Assembly: GCA_030765505.1 (NCBI GenBank)
Contig: JAVCCL010000043.1
Location: 69,686 to 133,685, forward strand
DNA: 64,000 bases
Reading direction: 5' to 3'
From: Candidatus Kaelpia imicola
GTDB taxonomy: Bacteria; Omnitrophota; Gorgyraeia; Kaelpiales; Kaelpiaceae
Shown here: positions 19,117 to 26,663 of the stretch, piece by piece
Numbering within the stretch: the stretch's first letter is position 1
Layout of the letters: each line of letters begins with the position of its first letter
The notes under the pieces: model-generated
What the model saw: only the letters and a program-made list of their open reading frames with translations
Database searches by the model: none
What the model was told of the DNA's origin: nothing
Translations under genes and position numbers: made by a program

Positions 19117-20628
19117 ATGAAAAATGAATATATGCAGCTCCATCGCCCTCAGTGGAAGACGAGAGTAGGTTTTTTGCTTGCAGCCTTGGGTTCAGCAGTA
19201 GGTCTTGGTAATATCTGGAGGTTCTCCTATCTCTGCTACAAGAACGGCGGCGGAGCGTTTTTAGTCCCTTACTTTATAGCTCTTTTAGTTGTAGGTATAC
19301 CGTTAATGATTCTTGAGCTTGGGGTCGGGCATAAGATGAGAGGCTCGGCTCCGATGAGTTTGGCAAAGATAAGCCGTAGATGGGAATGGCTGGGATGGTG
19401 GTCGGTAATATTTGTAATGTTTGGAATAGTTCTCTACTATTCTGTAATAATATCCTGGTGCTTCAACTATCTTCTATATGCTTTAGATCTCAGATGGGGT
19501 TCAGACCCTAACGGCTTCTTTTTCAAGCAGTTTCTCGGTGTTACCAAGGGTCCGTTTCAGATAGGCAATATCAGATTCGGGATATTGATAGCCCTTGCTT
19601 TTGTATGGTTTATAAATTGGATAATTGTTTTTTTAGGTATCGAGAAAGGAATAGAGAGGGCAAACAAGATATTTATGCCCCTGCTCTTCTTCTTAACAGC
19701 TATTCTTGTCTTTTGGAGCATAAAGCTGCCCGGTGCTTTAGAAGGCCTAAAAATATATCTTAAGCCTGATTTCTCTCTTCTTAGAGAATCCAGAGTATGG
19801 ATAGAAGCTTTCTCTCAGATATTCTTTACCTTAAGTCTCGGTTTTGGAATAATGATAACATACGGGTCTTATCTGCCTAAGAAATCTGATATAGTATTAA
19901 ACTCTTACTGTATAGCGGGTTTAAATTCTATCTTTTCTTTTTTTGCCGGGCTTGCCGTTTTTGCCACTATAGGTTATATGGCCAATCAGACCGGAGTAGG
20001 ATTTAACGAGGTTATAAAAGAGTCTATAGGGCTGGCATTTGTAGTATACCCTCAGGCTATAAGCCTGCTGCCGTTTCTACCTCAGCTTTTTGGTTTTCTG
20101 TTTTTCTTAACACTCTGTATTGCCGGTATATCGTCATCTATATCGATTATTGAGGCTTTTAGCTCTGCACTAATAGATAAGTTTCATTTCAACAGAAAGA
20201 CTATTACGAGCATAGTCTGTATTCTGGGCTTTTTCGGTTCTATGATATTTACTACCGGAGGCGGGCTGTTCTGGATAGATATAGTCGACCATTTTCTCTC
20301 TCATTACGGGTTGATAATGATTGGAATACTCCAGACTGTCTTAGTGGCCTGGGTATATAAGGCTGGAAAATTAAGAGAGCATATCGATAATGTATCCGAT
20401 CTTAAAATAGGAGTATGGTGGGACGGGGCAGTAAAATATATTATCCCGGGTGTACTTTTAATTCTCTTCTTCAATGATTTAAGTTATGAAATTTTAAACC
20501 CCTACGGAGGTTACTCTTCTATTGCATTGCTTCTCATAGGCAGGGATTGGCTTCTCTATACTCTATTTGCTGCTCTGATTTTTGCTATGTGTCCCTGGAG
20601 AAAAAATATTCATTCTAATAAGGAGTGA
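19117..20628 (+). CDS. Sodium-dependent transporter, neurotransmitter:sodium symporter (SNF) family
   Basis: GLGNIWRFSY motif and about 12 TM helices. Confidence 0.85.
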   Translation: MKNEYMQLHRPQWKTRVGFLLAALGSAVGLGNIWRFSYLCYKNGGGAFLVPYFIALLVVGIPLMILELGVGHKMRGSAPMSLAKISRRWEWLGWWSVIFVMFGIVLYYSVIISWCFNYLLYALDLRWGSDPNGFFFKQFLGVTKGPFQIGNIRFGILIALAFVWFINWIIVFLGIEKGIERANKIFMPLLFFLTAILVFWSIKLPGALEGLKIYLKPDFSLLRESRVWIEAFSQIFFTLSLGFGIMITYGSYLPKKSDIVLNSYCIAGLNSIFSFFAGLAVFATIGYMANQTGVGFNEVIKESIGLAFVVYPQAISLLPFLPQLFGFLFFLTLCIAGISSSISIIEAFSSALIDKFHFNRKTITSIVCILGFFGSMIFTTGGGLFWIDIVDHFLSHYGLIMIGILQTVLVAWVYKAGKLREHIDNVSDLKIGVWWDGAVKYIIPGVLLILFFNDLSYEILNPYGGYSSIALLLIGRDWLLYTLFAALIFAMCPWRKNIHSNKE

Positions 20629-20631
20629 GAG

Positions 20632-21363
20632 ATTATAAATATTAAATTAGTCCTGGAGTATGACGGCGGTTGTTTCTCTGGTTGGCAGAGACAGAGAGAG
20701 AAGACTACCGTACAGGGTGAGATTGAATCGGGGCTATCTAAGATTCTGTCTCAGCCTGTGAATTTAATATCTTCGGGCAGGACAGATGCTGGAGTTCATG
20801 CAAAATATCAGGTGGCCAACTTTAAGACAGAGAAAAGAGTGCAGCCTGAAGATATTAAGAGAGCTTTAAACTCACTCTTACCTTCAGATATTAGGATTAA
20901 ATTTGCACAGAGAGTGGGTTTGGATTTTCATGCTCGTTATTCTGTTAAAAACAAAATTTACAGGTATAATATATTTACAGGAGAGTATATCTCTCCGTTT
21001 AAAGTTAGATACTTCTGGCATCTGCCTTTAGGTTTGGATTTTTATAAGATGAGTGAAGAGATAGGATATATTTTAGGTAAACATGATTTTATAAATTTTC
21101 AGGCTAAAGGAAGCAGTGTTAAAGATACTAAGAGAACAGTATCTAAGGCTTTTCTGAAAAAAGACGGCAGCTATTGCAGTATCTTTATAGAGGCAGATGG
21201 TTTTCTTTATAAGATGGTAAGGTTCATTGTTGGAACTCTTGTTGAGGTTGGTAGAGGTAGATTTGAGCCTGGGAGAGTTAAAGTTCTTCTTGGCGGTAAG
21301 AGATTAAAGAGAGGTCCTGTAGCTCCAGCAGAAGGGCTTTTTCTCTGGAAGGTGAAATATTGA
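20632..21363 (+). CDS. truA: tRNA pseudouridine(38-40) synthase TruA; apparent non-canonical start (ATT/ATA) immediately after the upstream TGA
   Basis: The TruA N-terminus IKLVLEYDGGCFSGWQRQ...SSGRTDAGVHA is encoded from ~20641 in the same frame. The ORF-track start at 20758 is an internal GTG. No ATG, GTG or TTG lies between the upstream stop (20626-28) and this homology. Confidence 0.8.
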   Translation: MINIKLVLEYDGGCFSGWQRQREKTTVQGEIESGLSKILSQPVNLISSGRTDAGVHAKYQVANFKTEKRVQPEDIKRALNSLLPSDIRIKFAQRVGLDFHARYSVKNKIYRYNIFTGEYISPFKVRYFWHLPLGLDFYKMSEEIGYILGKHDFINFQAKGSSVKDTKRTVSKAFLKKDGSYCSIFIEADGFLYKMVRFIVGTLVEVGRGRFEPGRVKVLLGGKRLKRGPVAPAEGLFLWKVKY

Positions 21364-22145
21364 AGAAGATAGGCGTAAGACAGCTGCAGGATTTTTTAAA
21401 GATTTTAGGAGTAGATTATTATAAAGATGGTCTCTATTACTATAAGCTTTTAGAATACCCCTTGATTTTAAAAGAGATAGACTTTGAAGAATCTGGAAAG
21501 ATTCTTGATATAGGTTGCGGTAAAAGCTTTTTGCCGCTCTACTTTCTTTACAGGGGGTTTGAAACTTGGGTGGTGGATAATGGCGAATTCTATGCTGACT
21601 TCGATAAATTCTATAGGCAGATTCTAGATTCAAGACGTTTTATGGATGATGAGAATATGAGTATTATCTGGGGTAATTTTCAGGAAATAGATTTTCCTAC
21701 AGGTTATTTTGATTTTATTACGGCTATTTCAACATTGGAGCATTTTAAGTTTAGTGGTGATATGCAGGCAGCAATGAAGATAAATGCCTTACTTAAAAAG
21801 GGTGGAAGATTTATTGTAACTCTACCTTTCTCTCAGGCCGGTACAAGAGAGAAGTTTTTTGACAATAATGGCCATACATATTTTCAGCGTGACTATGAAT
21901 TGGATTGCGTCTTTAAAAGAATAGTTGAGCCTTCTAAATTAAAATTAAAATATTTTTATATTATTGGTGAGAGGTTTCCTTCTCTGGGAAAGTTTTTTTT
22001 CTTTAAAATGCCTTTTGCAAAACGTAAAAATACCTGGGCACGTCTCTTCTCTAAGCTATTTTGGAAGGTTTATTACAAAGGGAAGGATAGGAAGCTGCCC
22101 CAGTTTAAATATCCCGGAGTGATAATCATGGTACTAGAGAAATGA
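21360..22145 (+). CDS. Class I SAM-dependent methyltransferase
   Basis: Motif I LDIGCGKS and FDFITAISTLEH. Its start overlaps truA (ATGA). Confidence 0.7.
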   Translation: MKKIGVRQLQDFLKILGVDYYKDGLYYYKLLEYPLILKEIDFEESGKILDIGCGKSFLPLYFLYRGFETWVVDNGEFYADFDKFYRQILDSRRFMDDENMSIIWGNFQEIDFPTGYFDFITAISTLEHFKFSGDMQAAMKINALLKKGGRFIVTLPFSQAGTREKFFDNNGHTYFQRDYELDCVFKRIVEPSKLKLKYFYIIGERFPSLGKFFFFKMPFAKRKNTWARLFSKLFWKVYYKGKDRKLPQFKYPGVIIMVLEK

Positions 22146-23080
22146 AGTTATCCAAGATTTCTGTTGTAATGCCGGTCTACGATGAAGAGGATAGCCTTCC
22201 CCGTATCTTTAATGAGCTGAAAGATGTCTTAACCGGAATACCCTATGATTATGAGATAGTGATTGTAGATGACGGCAGTAAGGACGGGAGCTGGGATTTA
22301 ATATCGAGTGTTTCCAGTTCGGATGAAAAGATAAAGGCTATCAGGCTTCTTAAGAACTATGGGCAGACGGCGGCAATTCAGGTTGGTTTTGAGAATGTTA
22401 GCGGTAATCTCATTGTAGTTATGGATAGCGATGGACAGAATGACCCTGCCGATATCCCTCTCTTAATTTCAAAACTTAATGAAGGTTATGATGTTGTAAG
22501 CGGATTGAGATTTAAAAGAAAAGACTCTCTGGTAAGGAGGTTCTTCTCTTATTCCGGTAATCTCTTGATTAGAAAAACGACAGGACTTAAGATTCATGAC
22601 GTAGGCTGCAGCTTGAAGGTATATAAGAAAGAGTGGGTTGATAATTTAAAACTTCTTGGCGAAATGCATAGAATATTCGTTGTCTATCTGGCTGAGATGG
22701 GAGCTAAAGTTGCTGAAGTTAAGGTCAACCATCGTGAGAGGATAGGGGGGCGCTCAAAGTATGGAATAGCAAGGGTTATGAAATTGATGATGGACCTGAT
22801 ACTCTATAAATTCTTTACAAGCTTTGCTTCAAGACCGATATATGTATTTGGCGGAACAGGTTTTATAAGTATATCTATGTCTCTATCTGTGTTTATCTTT
22901 GTTGTCTACAGGAAGATTGTCTTTCGGGGTCTCTGGTTAAGTCCGCTATTCTTTATAGCGGTGTCGTTATTTACCGTGGGAATTCTTTTTATCATGCTGG
23001 GTATACTGGCTGAAATTGTTATGCGGATCTATTATCAGACTAAGTATGGGTTTCCTTATAAAATCAAAGAGAAGATATAG
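22142..23080 (+). CDS. GT2 polyprenyl-phosphate glycosyltransferase (DPM1/ArnC/GtrB-like) with C-terminal TM helices
   Basis: VVMPVYDEEDSL, IVIVDDGSKDGS and VVMDSDGQND (DxD) motifs, with two C-terminal TM segments. Confidence 0.8.
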   Translation: MKLSKISVVMPVYDEEDSLPRIFNELKDVLTGIPYDYEIVIVDDGSKDGSWDLISSVSSSDEKIKAIRLLKNYGQTAAIQVGFENVSGNLIVVMDSDGQNDPADIPLLISKLNEGYDVVSGLRFKRKDSLVRRFFSYSGNLLIRKTTGLKIHDVGCSLKVYKKEWVDNLKLLGEMHRIFVVYLAEMGAKVAEVKVNHRERIGGRSKYGIARVMKLMMDLILYKFFTSFASRPIYVFGGTGFISISMSLSVFIFVVYRKIVFRGLWLSPLFFIAVSLFTVGILFIMLGILAEIVMRIYYQTKYGFPYKIKEKI

Positions 23081-23086
23081 CTAAAA

Positions 23087-24952
23087 ATGTGCGGTATTCT
23101 CGGTTCATTAACCGATAGCGTTATAGATAACAGAGAGAGATTTAAGGAGGCTCTTGGTCTTTTATACCATCGCGGCCCTGATGAGATTGGGTATTTTCTG
23201 AGTCAGAATATTAGCCTGGGTTGCCGCAGGCTTAAGATCATAGGGTTAGATAATGGTAATCAGCCTATAGTTAATGAAGATGGTACATTAAGGATAATAT
23301 TTAATGGGGAAATATATAATTACAGAGAGTTAAGATCAGATCTTAAATCCAAAGGTCATCTTTTCAAAACCGATACCGATACAGAGGTTATCCTCCATCT
23401 TTATGAAGAGGAAGGAGTTGGATGTTTAGAGCGTTTTGAAGGTATGTTTGCTTTTGCTATTTGGGATAGCCGGGATAGGAGCCTTTTTATTGCCAGAGAT
23501 AGGTTCGGTATTAAGCCGCTTTTCTATTCCCATAACAGAGATGGATTTATTTTCTCGTCTTCTATCAAACCTATCTTGAAGCTTCTAAATAGTAAGCCTG
23601 GTATATCTGATAAGGCCTTAAATCTCTACTTTTGGCTGGACTATGTGCCTTCACCCTACACCATATATAAGGGTATATCCTCTCTGCTGCCGGCCCATTA
23701 CCTTGTTTTTTCAAAAGATAGGGGTTTAGATATAAAAAAGTATTATAGCCTGGGGAAGTGCGATCTTAGAAATAGAAGCAGAGAGGATATTATTTTAGAT
23801 CTGAGAGAGCGTATCTCGAACTCAGTTAAGAAACATCTTGTTTGCGATGTTGAGCCGGGTCTTTTTTTAAGCGGAGGACTTGATTCAAGTATATTGGCTT
23901 ATCATATGAATGAGCACCTGGGTTCTTTTAAGACATTCAATATCGGTTTTAGGGAGAGTAGCTTTGATGAATCAAGGTATGCAAAGTTGATTGCAGATCG
24001 GTTTAGGCTGGAATACAACTTTAAATGTTTTTCCAGCGATTATCTTTTAGGATATTTAGAGAATATTGTTTCCAGGCTGGATCAGCCTTTTGCCGATCAT
24101 TCACTATTACCTACTTATCTTCTCTCCGATTTCAGTTCTAGAAAATTAAAGCTGGTTCTTTCTGGTGATGGAGGAGATGAGTTGTTTTGCGGGTATCAGA
24201 CATATATTGCTCATAGATTATTTCGTTTTTATAAGATTATGCCTTTAAAATTAAGAGAGAGTTTTTTAAGATTGGCTCTCTCTCTTGTCCCGGTTTCTGA
24301 TAGATATTTTAGTTTAAACTTTTGTCTGGACAGATTTTCGAGGTCTCAAAGTATAAATGATATTAAGAGGCATATCTCCTGGATGGAAAGTTTTGGTCAG
24401 GAAAGAAGAGAACTTTTAAATGATAGATATGAAGATGTTGAGGATGAGTATATAGATTTTATTCAGGATAAGTTTATATCAGACTCTAAGGGGTTAGAGA
24501 AGATTCAAAAGTTCGATATTTATAGCTATCTTAGTAATGACATTTTATATAAGACTGATTTTTCAAGCATGCAGAATTCATTAGAAGTCAGGGTTCCTTA
24601 TTTAGAGAAGAGTGTGGTTGAGCTGGCTTTATCATTGCCTGAGAATCTGAAATTAAGGAATCTCAGAGATACTAAACATATATTGCGATCTGCCTACAGA
24701 GGTAGTTTGCCCGCTGCGATTCTCGAGAGGAAAAAAGCAGGCTTCAGTTTGCCTGTAGCAGGAATGTTGAGGGGTCAGTTAAAGAGTATGCTTAATGATC
24801 TTATCGAAGATAACAGTAGTCTAAGATATTTAAATAGAGGTTATCTGAAAGATATCTTCTTGGAACATTTGCAATATAGGAAGAATAACCGTAAAATACT
24901 TTGGAATATTTTGATTTTCTCTATATGGTCCATAAAACATGAAGCAGAATAA
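23087..24952 (+). CDS. asnB: Asparagine synthetase (glutamine-hydrolysing) family amidotransferase, AsnB-like
   Basis: N-terminal MCGILG (Ntn nucleophile Cys2) and the PP-loop SGGLDSS. Confidence 0.85.
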   Translation: MCGILGSLTDSVIDNRERFKEALGLLYHRGPDEIGYFLSQNISLGCRRLKIIGLDNGNQPIVNEDGTLRIIFNGEIYNYRELRSDLKSKGHLFKTDTDTEVILHLYEEEGVGCLERFEGMFAFAIWDSRDRSLFIARDRFGIKPLFYSHNRDGFIFSSSIKPILKLLNSKPGISDKALNLYFWLDYVPSPYTIYKGISSLLPAHYLVFSKDRGLDIKKYYSLGKCDLRNRSREDIILDLRERISNSVKKHLVCDVEPGLFLSGGLDSSILAYHMNEHLGSFKTFNIGFRESSFDESRYAKLIADRFRLEYNFKCFSSDYLLGYLENIVSRLDQPFADHSLLPTYLLSDFSSRKLKLVLSGDGGDELFCGYQTYIAHRLFRFYKIMPLKLRESFLRLALSLVPVSDRYFSLNFCLDRFSRSQSINDIKRHISWMESFGQERRELLNDRYEDVEDEYIDFIQDKFISDSKGLEKIQKFDIYSYLSNDILYKTDFSSMQNSLEVRVPYLEKSVVELALSLPENLKLRNLRDTKHILRSAYRGSLPAAILERKKAGFSLPVAGMLRGQLKSMLNDLIEDNSSLRYLNRGYLKDIFLEHLQYRKNNRKILWNILIFSIWSIKHEAE

Positions 24953-26663
24953 ATGGTTTCTAATATTATTTTTTATTATCCTGATCTATTCTCTTGTAGC
25001 CGTTTATATTATTGCTTCTAATTCAAATTTTCCTACAATAGATGCTCCTAACCATGCCATATTCTGTGTTCAATTTTATGGTGATACAATAGATTTATTT
25101 CATAATTCTGAGCTCTCTATTGCCGGTAAGATATTTGAATTCAGAAATATTTTTTCTAAAGGCATAATCTATTGGCCTAAGCTGCTTAATTTAAGCTCGC
25201 TGCCTTTTATGTTTATCTTTGGGTTATCAGCTTGTAGTATAAAAATGGCCAACGTATTGTATTTAATAATTTTTGCGGTTTTTGGCTATCTGCTGGCTTT
25301 AAAACTTGGAGCTAATAATAGAGAGGCTCTTTTTGTTACGATTATTCTTCCGCTCTATCCTGTTATTTTAAGGGCTATACAGAGTTACGGTTTAGATCTG
25401 CCGCTTATGAGTATAGTTGTCCTGTTTTTCTTCTTGCTTTTAAAGACAGATGGTTTTAAGAAGACCCTTTATTCAATATTGGCAGGTTCTGTGTTTGGAA
25501 TTGGCTTACTGATCAAAGGTCAGGTTGTGATATTTGTTTTATTTCCTCTCTCTCTCTATCTGTTTATTTCATTATCAAAAGAGATTAAAGGTGACGGAAA
25601 CTACATTCCTCTTTTTAGGTTACTTGCCAATCTCTCTCTATTCTTGATCTTTGCTTTTCAAATTGGTGGTTTATGGTGGCAAGGGAAGTATAATGATCTA
25701 TTATCGGCTTTAAGAGAGCATACCATACCTGATTATAAACATTTTGAGAGTTATCCTTATGAAGCTTCAGGGTCTTTAAGTTACTACCTCTTTTATTTTA
25801 AATATCTTTATTTAGATGGTTTTGGACCTCTGCTTAGCTGTTTTTCGGTATTGTCGTTTTTTAGATATATTTTTAATAAATCTCTACCTAATAAAAAAAT
25901 AGCATTATCCTGGTTGTTTTTTCCGCTCCTAATACTGTCTTTTTTGTTTAAAGTCCATCAGCTTAGATATATTATCCCCCTTGTTCCGGTTATTGTCATT
26001 ATTACTACGATAGGCTCAAGGTTTAAAAGACTGCTTTGGACTATCTTTTTTAGGTCTCTACTTTTAATTATATTAGTTTTTCGGGTCTATCTGTTAGTGT
26101 TCTCTGGGAAAGATAAGCCTCTCTGCAGTAAACTGTTTGCCATTAGGTATAGCGATGGTATTTTAAAAGATTTTGAAATGAATAATTCTGATATAGCCGA
26201 TATTTTTTATGAAAATTTAGAAGATCATTTAGCCCCCGGTCGGTATAACTGCTTGATTATCCGTTCAGCCGGCATTGAAGACGGGCCTGTTGGTATACAG
26301 CTCTGGCTTGAGATGAAAGCATATAACAAGGGTTATAGAATTTTGACCCATGATTTATATGATCAATGGTATTCAATCTATGAATGGTGGAAGGGAGAAC
26401 CGGGTAAGTATATAATATTGTTTATTGAAGACGGAAGTCAAGATTTAGGTGGGGATAGATTGTTTGATAAGGATTGGATATTAAAAAGAGATGAAGAGCT
26501 GTTTCCCAGGATAGAAGAGTTTAAAAATCATCCTGTAACGGCTGAGCTTTTAGATGAATTTTTCCCGCTTTTAAAAGAGCGGGCTCAAAAAATGTTTGAT
26601 TTTGATATAGCCATATATCACTGCGAAGCCTATGAATACGAAAATGTTCCAACCTCTTATTGA
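24939..26663 (+). CDS. GT-C fold membrane glycosyltransferase (PMT_2/ArnT-like, GT39/83-type), paralog 1
   Basis: More than 10 TM helices. An acidic/His motif IDAPNHA follows TM1. This architecture is shared with five other ORFs in the window. Confidence 0.5.
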   Translation: MKQNKWFLILFFIILIYSLVAVYIIASNSNFPTIDAPNHAIFCVQFYGDTIDLFHNSELSIAGKIFEFRNIFSKGIIYWPKLLNLSSLPFMFIFGLSACSIKMANVLYLIIFAVFGYLLALKLGANNREALFVTIILPLYPVILRAIQSYGLDLPLMSIVVLFFFLLLKTDGFKKTLYSILAGSVFGIGLLIKGQVVIFVLFPLSLYLFISLSKEIKGDGNYIPLFRLLANLSLFLIFAFQIGGLWWQGKYNDLLSALREHTIPDYKHFESYPYEASGSLSYYLFYFKYLYLDGFGPLLSCFSVLSFFRYIFNKSLPNKKIALSWLFFPLLILSFLFKVHQLRYIIPLVPVIVIITTIGSRFKRLLWTIFFRSLLLIILVFRVYLLVFSGKDKPLCSKLFAIRYSDGILKDFEMNNSDIADIFYENLEDHLAPGRYNCLIIRSAGIEDGPVGIQLWLEMKAYNKGYRILTHDLYDQWYSIYEWWKGEPGKYIILFIEDGSQDLGGDRLFDKDWILKRDEELFPRIEEFKNHPVTAELLDEFFPLLKERAQKMFDFDIAIYHCEAYEYENVPTSY

